DNA of 64,000 nucleotides from Camelus ferus (lineage: Eukaryota), in contig NC_045697.1 of the NCBI RefSeq assembly GCF_009834535.1, forward strand, positions 39,248,001 through 39,312,000. Direction: 5' to 3'. How positions within the stretch are numbered: the first letter of the stretch is position 1; every line of letters starts with the position of its first letter. Shown here one piece after another: positions 26,680 to 40,149 of the stretch. The notes under the pieces are model-generated. The model was not told the origin of the DNA, made no database searches, and saw only the letters and a list, made by a program, of their open reading frames with translations. Both the position numbers and the translations under genes were made by a program.

Positions 26680-27720
26680 AGACTATTTTCAAAGGCAGAG
26701 AACACACTGCAGGGAGACGTGGTCTGAGCACAGGAAGGCAGGCAAATGCTTAAGCATGTTTGAGAAACTGAGTTGTTCAGTTTGGCTAGAGTTTAGGGGG
26801 CTTGTGGGAAGCAATGTTCCAAAATTCTGTTGAAATCAAACTGGAGGTGTTCTTCAGTGCCACGTTAAGTAATTTGAACATTTTTCAGGAGAGGAAGCCA
26901 CTGAAGGATTTTGAGCTGAGAGTGATGTGATCAGTCTGTGTTTTAAAATGATGTCACTTGACAGTAATCATGAGACAGGGACCATTAGTGATTATATAAG
27001 CGGTGTTGGAGCAAAGCAGAGAGACCGTGCCTGAGGCACCTGTGCCAGCTCAGGCATGACTGGGAGAAGGCAGTGGTTGGAAGATCAGACCTGGAAAGCA
27101 AGGGTCATAAGCCCTGGGATCAAATCCTAACTCTGCTTCTAAGCTGTGGGACAAATCACATAAGTTTCTGAAGCCTCAGTCTTTGTATCCATGAGGTTAA
27201 TTTGGAAATTATAAGAAAGAATATCTGTGGAAGCTTTGTATATCTTAAAACAGCTGCGTAAGTGTGAGAAGTATTGTTATTTGAATCTCAGTTATCAGAA
27301 AGAAAGCTGCAAATATTCCTGGCAGAGATGTGACAGGAATTGACTGTATGATTAGAGGGAATGAGGGAGCAGAAGCTGTCAAGAGTCACTCCAGGACTTT
27401 AAGCCAAACGTGGCTGGGGGACCATTGGTGCCATGAACAGAAACAGTTGTCAGGCAGGAAAGTTCGTGTTGGCAGAATGATGTTGAATCCTGGGTTGGAT
27501 GTTGAGTTTGGGATACTGGCATGACGTGCAGGTCCACAGTTATAAAATGGAGGAGGACAGGAACGTGAGGGGGAAGTGGTGCCTGAAATACAGCCATTAG
27601 ATCAGCACCATTAGATATCCTAAGTGTCAAAGAGATTTCCAAGGACATGGTCGACAAGGAAGAGTGTCAGGCAGACGGGGTCAGTGGTGAAAACCATGCC
27701 CAGGAGTTCAAGGCAGATGA
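26680..27720 (-). mobile_element. L2 fragments interrupted by a MIR (~27090-27280)
   Basis: L2 'gaagccactgaaggattttgagc...tgatgtgatcag' and MIR core 'ctgaagcctcagtctttgtatc'. Confidence 0.55.
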
Positions 27721-28711
27721 GGAATAAAATTCAGTTTCCTCATTTTAAAATTGAGAAAAGTATACCTTCCTTGCTGGCTTGTGGAGAATAAACAAGAGAC
27801 AGTACCTCGTGCAATATCTTAGACATCATAGGCTTTAAAATAGGAGATATTATTAGTATTGTTATGGGAAATTAATTCTCATTTTCAGTATCCTTTGGGA
27901 ATTTTTAAAAATGTAACTCAGACCTCGTGATTTTTGTATGTATATGATGTTCCTTTTGGAAAAAAGTAAATCACAGGCTAAATTTGCTGTGTAACGTCTC
28001 CCTTTAAAGGGTAAAACATAGTTCCATCCCAGTTTAAGAAGAGCTCTGTACTATTCTGACAGGAGCATATTGTTTTTCAGTAACTCTCGTGACAGTACTG
28101 CATGAAAAAAGAACAAATTTCTCCCATCCCTGCCGAGGTTAAATCACAGCAAAGGTACACAGGGTAAGAAGACCTTGCTCATCTGTTTCCCTCTGTCCCT
28201 AATGTGGAACATATCTTTTATATGGAATTAATCCTAAATCTCAGTCCTGACGGTGAAAATATAAACTTAGTTGACCCAGAAAATCAGTAGTGAAGGGGAA
28301 AAAATTAAAAGAATATTGGTTTGATATGCACACTTTTACACTGTCTTCTGAATAAACAACCAGGACAGCACAGAACAATCATCAAGTCTATTTGTGCCAC
28401 ATTGATGATTTTTTAAATTTTTATCTAAGAGGCTGAGCATCTCTGCTTTGATTCAGGTGAAAGCCAGTTTGCTTTTCAAACAGAAATAAAACAAAAAAAC
28501 AAAACAAAAAAAACCCCCTCTCTTCCAGAATCACATCTTGTGTCTCATCTCAAATCAGCCACTTTGAAAATGTATGCAATTAAGGAGACATAGTGAGAAA
28601 GCAGAAAAGGCTTAGGGACATCTGCAGTTACTTTGGGGAAAACCATCCATGGCAAGGAGCAGGATTCTGTGATCTCCTGTGTGTCTGATATTCAACGGCA
28701 CATTATTCCAT

Positions 28712-28965
28712 GTGTTATGGCAGAATTGGAAGACCCTGAACTCACCTCTTCCCATGGTCACACCAAAGTTACAGCTACTTATAGAGTAACTGTGTATGAA
28801 AACAACCTGAAGACTAGCAGAAAAGTTTTTTTCACAACTAAAGACACAAAGAAAGAACCATAGCAATTCAGGTAGAAGGGGTGGACACACAGTGCAGTCA
28901 GGACTCATATCCCTGGACTGACAACCCACAAATGGGAGGAATATCCAATCACAGAGGTCCTTCCC
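28712..28965 (+). mobile_element. L1 5'UTR start fragment
   Basis: 'atggcagaattggaagaccctgaactcacctcttcccatggtcacaccaaagttacagctac...acctgaagactagcagaa' resembles the 5' end of laurasiatherian L1s. Confidence 0.65.
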
Positions 28966-28969
28966 AGAT

Positions 28970-29052
28970 TGTGTAGTACTCTTTTTAGTGAAAAAAATCT
29001 GCATGTAAGTGAATTCAAGCAGTTCAAACCCATGTTGTTCAAGAGTCAACTG
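28970..29052 (+). mobile_element. Tigger1-like DNA transposon 3' terminus
   Basis: 'gaaaaaaatctgcatgtaagtg...cagttcaaacccatgttgttcaagagtcaactg' matches the Tigger1 end and TIR. Confidence 0.8.
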
Positions 29053-29522
29053 AATATACAATGGAATATTAGTCAGCTATGAAAAATGAGATATTGCCAT
29101 TTTCAACAACATTGATAGATCTAGAGGGTATTATGCTAAGTGAAAAAAGTCAGAGAAAGACCAGTACCATATGATCTCCGTTATATGTGGGATTCTAAAA
29201 ACCAAAACAAACAAATAAAACAAAATGAAAACAGACTCATAGATACAGAGAACAAATGGGTGGTCTCTAGAGGGGAGGGGTTGACGGGTGTGAAATAGGC
29301 TAAAGGGATTAAAAGGTACAAACCTCCAGCTATAAAATAAATGAGCCACAGGGATGTAATACACAGCATAAGAAATATGGTCAATAATATTGTAATAACT
29401 TTGGGAACAGATGGTTAGTAGACTTCTGATCATTTTATAGTGTATGCAAATGTCAAATCCCTGTGTCGTACACCTGGAACTAACATAATATTGTATGTCA
29501 ACTATATGTTAATTTAAAAAAA
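29053..29522 (+). mobile_element. L1 3' end (L1MA9-like)
   Basis: ORF2 tail 'tacaatggaatatt...ttatgctaagtgaaa' and a 3'UTR ending 'tgtatgtcaactata...aaaaaaa'. Confidence 0.9.
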
Positions 29523-30000
29523 TTGTGGGGACTCTCAAGGGAATTGATAACACCTTTTTCTGGTCATCATTTGATATAATTTTACTGACCCAACACTGAA
29601 ACCAAAGCAAATTATCTTCTGTATTTCTAGTAATCAGCAAAAATCAGTATTATCATATAATCAACCCATTAGTCTTTCTTAACTTTAGGATTTGTTGTGA
29701 TTTTCTTAATATTCAAGAACATTTCTAAACACACTGCATTTCTTTCTTCTCTTTCATTCCACATTTTAGTTAATGGAATCTTTTTTTTTTTAACTTCTTT
29801 CCAAGTATAGAACTTTGAAATAATTTCTAGAATAAAATTTAATTTCTTAACCTGGCATAATAGACTTGGGCCTAGAGCTATGTTTCCTAGTGAATATTCC
29901 AAACCCATACCCCGTTTACACACCACTCACAGCTCTCCTCCTTCATAGACTCTTAAGGTCCAGGCACAATGGACTGCAGTAGGTCTATAATTTCCTGTCT

Positions 30001-30155
30001 TTTTTTTTTTTTTTTTAATTAAAAAAATTGGAGGGGAGGGGTGTAACTAGGTTTATTCTTTTAAATTTGTTTTCTGTAACAGAGGTACTGGAGATTGGAC
30101 CCAGGACCTCGTGCATGCTAAGCACGCCCTCTACCGCTGATCTATACCCTCCCCC
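30001..30155 (-). mobile_element. tRNA-Ala-derived SINE (camelid vic-1 type)
   Basis: Reverse strand gggggagggtatagatcagcggtagagggcgtgcttagcatgcacgaggtcctgggtccaatctccagtacc has A and B boxes and an AGC anticodon arm. AT-rich tail, poly(A), and imperfect TSD atttcctgtct/aattcctatct. Confidence 0.85.
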
Positions 30156-32419
30156 AATTCCTATCTTTGAACCTTCTTATGCTCTGCCCCCAAATTTGAG
30201 CTTTAAAAGCCCAACTCAAATCTTTACTCTCTGCTTGAGATAGTACACAGTCCAATTTAGTCAGTTTAGATGTATTAGCCACAGTAGACTAACTTCTAAT
30301 AACGTATAACCCCAAAACGTCAAGGCTTAAGGAAATAACATTGTATGTATTTTTAAAAATCTTTACCAACACTTCCAAAGAGCCTTCGAAGTTCACTCTC
30401 ACGTTCACTGGACTTTGCCCTCCTGTGCTCCATAGTACTCTACATGCCTAGCACAAGCGCTGATTTTAGGGTAAACTGCCCTAAAATGTTCTAATTTTGG
30501 ATCATATCAGCCAGCTTTTTAATATCTTTATAAAGCCCCTTCAAAACTTAGCATGGTGCTCTACACATAGGAATCCTCAATAAATGTTTATTGAATTCAG
30601 TTCAGTTTTGCATTGAGTTCAGTGCTGAATTCTTCAGGAATTTGAGACTGAGTAGTAGATCTTGAAAAATCATTTGTTTTGTACATATTTTTGTGATACG
30701 GTTCTACCTTTTAAATCCTTGTAAGATTAACAGTTGGATTTTTTTTAAAAGTGACTTTACTGTATCGAAGATATTTATCATATTTAAGGTATCTTTCATT
30801 AGTGAGATAAAGCACATCTTTCCTTGTCAGTACTTGGTGATATTTTTTCCTTGAGGTTTTTGTTTTCTTCTCATTCTGAAATCCCAGAACCAATGACAAG
30901 CAATAAAATAAATATAGGAAATTAATGTATAAGAAGAGATGTACATAGGAAATGGAAATACATTGAAAATGGAGTCACATTTTTAAAACATGAAAAAAAG
31001 GCAAAAGACCTATAGTATTTTTTTTCGAGTCAGCTTTCCGAATATAAGGTAGATTGTCAGATGAAAAGAAAGTACATCTGATGTGATAAAGACAGAATAT
31101 GGGAAGGCACCAATGGAAGGTGAATTTGCCTGAATGAGAACTATCAAAGCTGCTCTGAGGCCAGCCCCAGACAGAACATGAGGAATCAGAAAGTTGGGGA
31201 TCATCATTATACAGCAGTTACAATGAGCATCACTGACCTGATGCTATCATCTGTACAGCTTTAACAAGGTGGTCATCAAAAGGCATACTTTTGTTGAAGC
31301 ACATTGGGCTTTTGAAATGAACATTTTTATATTTTGCAAATTGATGTTCTTCCTGACTTCCTTCCTTCACTGCGCTTGTTAGAACATTCAGAGAATATGA
31401 CAGCTACTCAAGCACTGTGTCCTCTTAATTTTTATGTATTTATACATAAGGAAAATGTATTACTTCTGTTCAAAAAGAATTAGTGTGAATGAGCAAGCTC
31501 TACAAAAAGGAAAATGTCTAGAAGTTAAGAAAAAAGATGCTTTGCAAAAAAAAAATGGGCGAGAACTGAAAATATAAGCAACTTGCTGAAGTCAAGATAG
31601 AAAAACGATTAGTCTACGTGGAAAACTAGCGTATGATTCCTTTTTTCCACTGAGGATAAATTACACAGTTAGAGCAGCAGAGTTATAGATTTAGGCGAAG
31701 AGTGGACCTTCTAGCAAGCCACTTGTTCACAGTGATTCCTGCCCAAATACCTGGTCCTCTGCCGGGTCTTGGATACACTGATTTACTTCATGTGCCTTTT
31801 CCCCATCAGTTTATGTACAGGTGAATCTTGAGTAATTTCTTTGAGGAATAGTTGTGGAGAAAGGACATAGTGAGATTTGAGAAAAGCAAAAAGAAGTGAA
31901 TTGGGGATGGCAGGGTAAATAACGGAGATCTTTGCAGTGCAGCCTGAGGTTGCCATCACATTTTCAGAATTTCAATGTCCAGTTATGGACCATGATCTTG
32001 TGGTTATTCTGTGATTACGGAGTGGATGGAGGAAAGGCGCAGTGGACTTGGAAGGGCACCTGGCAGTGAGTGTTATACTAGCCAGAAAGTACACGTCATT
32101 CTGCTGTTACTAACTACTGCCACCTCTGCGGCTGCTGCTGACACTGTGTGCCAAGCTCACTTCTAAGGGCTAAGCCCCCTGTGGTGGATGCTCTTCCCAG
32201 CCCTGTGTTCTGTGTTATTAGCTTCAGGCACTGTAGAGTTAAAGTAATTTACCTGAGGCCACACCGTTCATAACTGGCAACTGGGTTTGAATCAAAATCT
32301 TCTGACTCTAGAAACACAGTCTTCACAACCAGGTTAATATAACCCCTCACACAGAGAAATGTTTCCCAAAGGCAAGGGACATAGTGCCTCTGAACTGCTG
32401 GTGGTTCTCTGATGTGTCG

Positions 32420-33145
32420 TTTCCAGTCTCCTGCCTCTGCGCATGCTGTTTCCTTTGCCTTGTGTGACCTCTTTCCATCTGTTATTTCCTTCACATGGCT
32501 AACTCGTCATCTTTCAGGTCTCAGCTCAGAAGTCATCCTGCTTAGCAAAGCTTTCCAGAACTCTCTTCAAGGTGGGTGGGGTCCCTTCCCTCACGGACTT
32601 CTGTGGTACCCTGTGAGTACATCCATCATCACATTTACCATAGCATCCAGTTACCTTTCTGCCTCCTCTTGAAACCTGGGATGCTCCCGCTATCTCATCC
32701 TGCACATCCAGTCAGTCATGGTGCATAGGAGATCTCACCTCTCCAGTATTTCTAGATTCATCCCTTCCTCTCTATTTCTGTGACCACTGCCCTGGTTCTC
32801 TCAGAACCTCCTGTAGTCACCTTCTGAGAGGTCCTTCTGCCTCCAGTCTCCACACACCTACCCGGTCAAGCCCTTACTGACTGCCTGTGACCTGGGGAAG
32901 GGCCATACCAGGCTCAGCGCAGTCTTGCTTTCTCTCTGTTTGGCGTCATCTCTTGACAGATGGCTGCTTTATACTATCGGCCTTGCACCTGGAGCTCCAG
33001 CTGCGCTCAACTACAGTTGTTCCAGCCCCGCCCCACCCTCAACCACTTCTCCCAGCCGGCTGTCTCTCACTTCTGTACATCTGTCCACATGTTGTTCACG
33101 TGCACATGAAATGCCATCTCCCCTTCACTGGTAACTCCTGCTCAA
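32420..33145 (+). mobile_element. L2 fragments (host of the L1 insertion; resumes at ~35690-35970)
   Basis: Pyrimidine-rich L2 body. The tail 'ctcaataaatctttgatgaatgaattaatga' lies at ~35937-35968. Confidence 0.6.
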
Positions 33146-33146
33146 C

Positions 33147-35685
33147 TTTTTTTTTTTTTTATTGAAATATAGTTGATTTACAGTATTGTATTAGTTTCAG
33201 GTATATGGCATAATGATTCAGTATTGTTACAGATTATACTCCATTGAAAGTTATTGTAAGATAATGGCTATAATTCCCTGTGCTGTACAATATATCCTTG
33301 CTGCTTATCTATTTTATACATAATAGTTTGTGTCTCAATCCCATACCCCTAATTTACCCTCCTCCCTTTCCTCTCCCTTCTGGTTGCCCATTTGTTTTCC
33401 ATATCTGTACGTCTGTTTCTGTTTTGCTACTCACATTAGTTTGTTTTATTTTTTTAGATTCCACATAAATGTGGTGTCATACAGTATTTGTCTTTTTCTA
33501 TCTGACTTATTGCACTCAGCATAATATTCTCTAAGTTCATCCACGTTGCTACAAATGGCAAAATTCCATTCCTTTTTATGGCTGAATAGTGTTCCATTAT
33601 ATATATATATATATACATACACACCATGTTTTCTTTATCCAATCATCTGTTGATGAATACTTGGGTTGCTTCCATATCTTCACTATTATAACTAGTGCTG
33701 CTGTGAACATTGGGGTGCATATATCTTTTTGAATTTGTGTTTTTGTTTTTTAGAGATACATACCCAGGGTGGAATTGGAGGATCATATGGTAGCTCTATT
33801 TTAGTTTTCTGAGGAACCTCCGTACTGTTTTCCTATGATTGCTGCATCAATTTACATTCCCACCAATAGTGCACAAGAGTTCCCTTTTCTCCACATCTTC
33901 ACCAACATTTGTTTTTTGTTGACTTTTTGATGATGTAGACTTTCTGACATGAGGTGATGCCTCATTGTGGTTTTGGTTTGCATTTCTCTGATAATTAGTG
34001 ATGTTGAACACCTTTTCATGTGCCTCTTAGTCATCTATATGTCTTCTTTGGAAAAATGTCTTTTGAGGTCTTCTGCCTATTTTTTCATTGGATTGTTTGG
34101 TTCTTTTGATATTGAATTGTATGAACTATTTATGCAATTTGCATATTAACCTCTTATGGGTGATATCATTGGCAAATATTTTGTCCCATTCTATAGGTTG
34201 TCTTTTTGTTTTGTTGATAGTTTCCTTTGTTGTGCAAAAACTTTTAAGCTTAATTAGGTCCCATTTGTTTATTTTTGCTTTTATTTATTTAGCCTTGGAG
34301 AGACAGAACCAAAAATAAATTACTGTGATTTATGCTAAAGAGTGTTCTGCTTCTGTTCTTTTTTAGGAGTTTTATAGTTTCTGGTCTTACATTTAGATCT
34401 TTAGTCCATTTTGAGTTTATTTTTGTATATAGTGTGAGAAAATGTTCTAATTTCATTGTTTTACATATAGCTGTCCAGTTTACCCAACACCATTTATTGA
34501 AGAGCCTGTCTTTCCTCTGTGGTATATTCTTGCCTCCTTTGTCATAGATTAATTGACCATAGGTGTGTGGGTTTATTTCTGGACTCTTTATTCTGTTCCA
34601 TTGATCTACGTGTCTGTTTTTATGCCAGCAATATGCTGTTCAGACTTCTGTAGCTTTGTAGTATAGGCTGACATCTGAAAGCATGGTACCTCCATCTTCT
34701 TTCTTTTTTCTCAAGATTGCTTTGGCAATTCAGTCTTCCGTGATTCCACGTGAGTTTTAGGATTATTTGTTCTAGTTCTGTGAAAAATATGGGTATTTTG
34801 AAAAGGATTGCATGACATTTCTAGATTTCTCTGAGTTGTGTGGACATTTTAACAATACTAATTTTTCCAATCTAAGAGCACAGGAAATCTTTCCATTTCT
34901 TTGTATCATATTCAGTTTCCTTCATCAGTGTTTTATAGTTTTCAGAGTATAGATCTTTTACCTCCTTGGTTAAGTTCATTCCTAGGTATTTTATTATTTT
35001 TTATGTGATTTTAAACAGGATTTTTTTTTTTTTTACTTTCTCTCTGATAGTTCATTAATAGTGTATAGAAAAGTTGCAGACTCTGCATATTAATCTTGTA
35101 TCATGCAACTTTGCTGAATTTATTTATTAGTTCTAATAGTTTTGGGTGGAGACTTTAGGGTTTCCTAAAAAAAGTATCATGTCATCTGCAAAGAGTAACA
35201 GTTTTACTTCTCCCCTTCCAATTTACCCAAATTTTATTTTTTTTATTATTACTTTTATTTCATTTTCTTTCTAATTGCTGTGACTAGGACTGCCAATACT
35301 GTGTTAAATTGAAGTCGCAAAAGTGGGCATCCTTGTCTTGTTCCTGAATTTAAAGGAAAGACTTTTAGCTTTTCAATGTGGAGTGTGACATTAGTTGTGG
35401 GCTTATTATATACAGCCTTTACTATGTTGAGTTATGTTCCCTCTATACCCACTTTGACGATAGCTTTTATCATGAATGAATGTTGAATTTTATCAAATGC
35501 CTTTTCTGTGTCTATTAAGATGCTCATGGGACTTTTTTCCCTTCCTTTTGTTAATGTGGTATATCACACTGGTTGATTTACAAATATTGAACTATCCTTG
35601 CATCCCTGGAATGAATCCATCTTGATTATGGTGTATGATCTTTTTCATATATTGTTGGATTCAGTTTGCTAATAATTTTGTTCAG
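33147..35685 (-). mobile_element. 5'-truncated L1 (~2.5 kb, L1MA9-like), ORF2 disrupted
   Basis: Poly(T) at ~33147-33160 and ORF2 motifs ([24 protein letters not shown]). TSD aactcctgctcaacttt (33133-33149)/aattcctgcttgacttt (35686-35702). Confidence 0.95.
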
Positions 35686-37429
35686 AATTCCTGCTTGACT
35701 TTCAAGGCAGTTTTGCTGTCATGTACACTCGGAATCCCTAGGGGGCAACCACTCTCTCAGTTGCACCAACAGTGTGCTGCCCTGATGCCCTGTGCCTCAC
35801 TCTTTAAAGGGGCTCACTACCTTGTATTCCAACCATCCCTTTATGTTTCTGCCTCCCCCACTAGAGAGGAACTTCCTAAAGGTAAGGACTGGTATACTTA
35901 TCATGTTATTCTCAGTACCTGAGACATAGCAAAAGCTCAATAAATCTTTGATGAATGAATTAATGAGTTAATATACATGTTTTAATGTCACATATATAAA
36001 TACATATAAATAACATTATTTCCACCTTTCATGCCTGATGCTTTACTATTTCTCTTTCCTCTTCACTCCTCATTAAACTTGGAGCTGTTCATAGAGTCCA
36101 CCTTGTGTGTGCCATGATCTGTGTGGCTATTTATACTGTTTCTGATGCTTTTTGCTTCCCAGCATTGCAGCAAATCTCCAATGGTTCCAAGGAAGCCTTC
36201 CTTGATTGCACATATTGGAATGAGTCTTTCTCCTCTTGAGTTACTGTTGAAATCTGGCACTGAAATTGCCTCTCTCCCCAGCAGATGTCAGCCTCTATAG
36301 GCAGGGATAGAGTCTTGCTCATTTTTGTGTTTCTCTAGTACCTAACACAAGCCTAGCATTAGTATATGTTAAATAATTTGGGATAACTAAAAAAAAAAAG
36401 TCATGTATTTCATGTGTAATACTTCAGACCCTTTATTTAGCTGTGTAAGAGCTGAGTGAGTACGAAAAGATAATCACTGTGAAGGCCCTGCTTTAATCTC
36501 ATCTCACAACCTTCAATTAAGCAAGCGGTTTTACAAGCGCAACACCAAGGCTTGGCGAGCTTTGTTAATCTTAGTAACAGGTGGCCTTCTTAGGCCTGAA
36601 CAGATGTGGATGATGTTCTTATCACTTTCAGAAAAAAATGGCCTCCATTACCATCTGAGGGTCGGATAATTGCATGTATGGCAAATAATCAGATTAATGC
36701 ATTCTTTAAAGTAAACAAGTCCAGCTGTTACATCTTTATTAGGCAAATTTTTACAGATTGGTGAGGTCTTTGACGTAAATTCATAATTCCCATGATAACT
36801 AAGTGGGAATAGCTCACTAAGCCACTTCAGGCCACGAAGAGGTCATTTTTTAATGAATAAAGTGCTGACACTTCTGACAAGTGATTTCTCAGGCTAACAT
36901 CCTACACGCTTTGGATTGATCCTCTCTTAATGAACTCTTATAAACCTGTGGGTTTATCCCAATAAAGGACACACACTACTGAAACAAGACAGAGATCGCA
37001 AATGCTCAACAGTCAGGCTGACAAGGCATGATGTAAACTTTCCTGGCTGCTGTTTATTTTATTTAAAAAGGGTATTTCTATTACCTAAATATTCATATGC
37101 TATTTATTTTTGTTACAAACTGCTAGTCAAAGCAGGAAAAAGAAATGCAGAGCAAACAATTCATGGTTTGAGACAGCATGGACATAAGAGACAAATAAAA
37201 TTAACTTCAGTAATGGAAGCAGCTCTTCTTTTATGTCAATTTTGTTGGCGATACATTGCACATTGTTGGTCTAATGTGAGATCTTATTTTTCCCGTTAAC
37301 TTATATCCAGTCTACTTGATAATTTATAACATTTCATTTGAAGGAAATAAAATCACACTTCTTCTTAAGCGTGTTAACATTCACCCATGTTAACTGCACA
37401 TGTTTCTTTTTCCCCCTTGCCAGGGCAAT

Positions 37430-39340
37430 GCAGGATACTGGGGCTGCCAGGTAGGCCCCCTCTCTGTACTCTCTCAGAGCTTACCATCTAAAAAAGAAAA
37501 ACAAAGGAAAACACCCCCAGTGATTGACAGCACAGCAATGCATTATTATAGAGACATGCACAGATGCAGTGAGAGAGCAGAGGGGAGGTGTCTAAATCAG
37601 GGGTTGGGAAAGGCTTAGGAGTGGGAAAGTTCCAAGAAGGCTTCCCAGAAGAGGAGATGCTGAGCTGAATTGAGGTTGACATGGGAATAAAGGTTTAGAA
37701 GCAAGTACGAGTTTCCTAGATCTGTCGAAACAAAATACCACAAACTGGGTGGCTTAAAACCACAGGACCTATTCTCTCCCTGCTCTGTAAGCTAGAGCCC
37801 GAGATCAAGGTGTCAGCAGGGTTGGTTCCCTTCAGTGGTTCTGAGGGACAGTCTGTTCCATGGCCCTCTCCTAGCTTCTGGAGTTTGCCAACAATCCTTG
37901 GTGTGTAAACACATCCCTCCAATCTCTGCTCCTGTCTCCTCATGGGACCTTCTCCCTTGTATTTGTGTCTGTGTCCGTATTTCCTGCCTCTTATGACACC
38001 AGTCATGTTGGATTTAGGGCCTATCCTAACCCAGTATGACCTCATCCTAACTTGAGTATATTTATGAAGAACCTAGTTGTGGGTTAAGCTCACATTCGCA
38101 GGTTCTGGTTGGACCTGAATTTTAGGGGACAGTATTCAACCAGTACAGAGGGCATTCAAGAAACAGGAAGCAGCATGGATGAAGCCACGTGGAAACCTTG
38201 ATGTCTATGAGCAACCATGGATGCTTGTTAATGGTTGGACTGAAAGGCTCTGGGGATCTTAACAAGTTATGAGGCTTAAGAAGTAATAGGAGGCCCATCA
38301 CAGAGTCTTGTGTGCCAAGTTCAGGAATTTGAATTTCCTCATGAAATGTGTGGGTGTCATAGGATTTTAATTCTGGAAGTTACATGATCATATTTGCGTT
38401 TTCGAAAAATCTCTCTGGCAACAGTGTGGAGAATTGAAGGTACAGATTGGAAGCAGAGAGATTATATAGGAAGTCCCTGAAATAATTCTGGCAAGAAATG
38501 ATATGCGCCTACATTACATCAGCAGTAGGGAGACTAGAGAGGAGGTGGTCGATAGAGGAGATCTTTTTAAAAGAAGGAGCTACAAGATGTGGTGGCTAGT
38601 TAGGTGTGAGGAATGAGAAGAGAGAGACAAGGATGGCTTTGAAGTTTCTGGCTTACATGAGGTGATGGAGGTGACATTTGCTGAGATAATTAAGAAGGAG
38701 GAACATGCTTAGAGATAAAGGTGGATGAGTTTTTGGACCTATCTAATTCGAGGTATCAATAACACTTCTAAGTGGAGAGCTGCTATTCAGGAGATGGATA
38801 GATAGTTCTGGCTTGAGATTTGAGATTCATGAGCATCTAAGTAATTGTGTCCCCCAAGTGGAGTGTGTAAAGTGAGAAGAGCAGAAGGTCTGGGAAGTGC
38901 CAACATTTAGGAAATTAACTGAGGGAAAAAGAACCAAAGAATGCACTAAGGAGACTTCTGTAGAGGAAGGAGGAAAACCCAGTGAGTGTATCACAGATAA
39001 GAGAATTTTCAGAAGGAAGGAGTGCTCAGAAAGGCAGCTGCTTTGGAGAAGGGAGCAAAGATAAGGAGAGAAAAGTGTTTTGGCAAAATCCAATCAATTG
39101 GTGGCTTTAGCAAGGGCAGTTACAGTGGAATGACAGGAATGACAGAGGAAGAGACAAGATGACAGTAGATTTGGGAGTGGCCGTGCAGGAAGGGAGGCAC
39201 TTAGGGATTGGAGACTGTCTTTTCAAGAAGTTGGATTGTGAGGGAATCAGAGATCTATTACAATCAATAGCTATGTGGGGTAAGGGAAGTGTTTTTCCCT
39301 GATGATGGAGATTTGAGCATGCTGTGGTCCAACTCAAGTA
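37430..39340 (-). mobile_element. Long L2 remnant interrupted by an MLT1C LTR
   Basis: L2 motifs 'gaaggcttcccagaagaggagatgctgagctga', 'aaaatctctctggcaacagtgtggagaat' and 'aaggatggctttgaagtttctggctt'. Confidence 0.7.
37704..38147 (-). mobile_element. MaLR LTR (MLT1C-like)
   Basis: The reverse strand starts tgtactggttgaatactgtcccctaaaattcaggtccaaccagaacct. The other end reads 'aaaataccacaaactgggtggcttaaaac'. Confidence 0.88.
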
Positions 39341-39874
39341 GGAAAATGTGAGTTCTACAGCCTGGCCTTGGGGCAGAGATGGAAGCTACAAAAAGTGTAG
39401 GGACATCTCTTCCAGATAAATGTGCCTATGAGGACATGTTCTTCAGGCAATTGAAAGGTTTCTCATACGGTTGCCATTGGGAACAGCTTGTTAGTATGAG
39501 TAAAAATCTTTCCCTCATTCTCCACGGAATGGATAGTTTTTGCTGGCTACCTTTCCCAAATCTAGTCCCTTTCCTTTAAAACAATACTCCCATTTCCTCT
39601 TGGGGAACTGATTCTTCCTCTATGTGTGCAACCTCAGTAGACCCATCAGACAAGGTGTCCTGTCCTCTCATAGGCAAGGGCCAATTGAGCCACTCTCCTA
39701 GGGCTTTGAATCTGGAGCCTTTGACTGATACAAGGGTTTGGGGGGTGGGCAGGGGGTGGTTAGAGATAATATATCCCAGTGACAGTTGTTTACCATGCCC
39801 TGGTTGCTGCCCTATTCTAAACCTGCTTCTATAGCCTTCCCTTCAATTCTGTGACTACCCCATATCCTTGGATA

Positions 39875-40100
39875 GGCTGGAGTGCCAAAGACTCTGAGCT
39901 GAATGGCTTGGGGTCAAATCCAGGTTTGGCCACGTCCTAACTGGGTGATCTGGAGCAAGTTACTGCTTCACTTCTCTGTGCCTTGATTTCCACATTTGTG
40001 GGATGAGTAATGGTGCCTACCTACAGGGTTCAATAGGAATGAATGGATTTAATGCTTAGAGTGGTGCCTACTCCAAGTAAGTGCTACAGGTGTTTATTAT
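39875..40100 (+). mobile_element. MIR SINE
   Basis: 'ggggtcaaatccaggtttggccac...gagcaagttactgcttcacttctctgtgccttgatttccacatttgt'. Confidence 0.75.
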
Positions 40101-40149
40101 TCCAATAAACTCCCCTTCTATGCCTGCTTTTCTTAAAAATTTCTTATAT

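Noticed and set aside
30080..30155. tRNA-Ala gene
   Set aside because: The cloverleaf is degenerate, and an AT-rich tail, poly(A) and TSD show it is a SINE.
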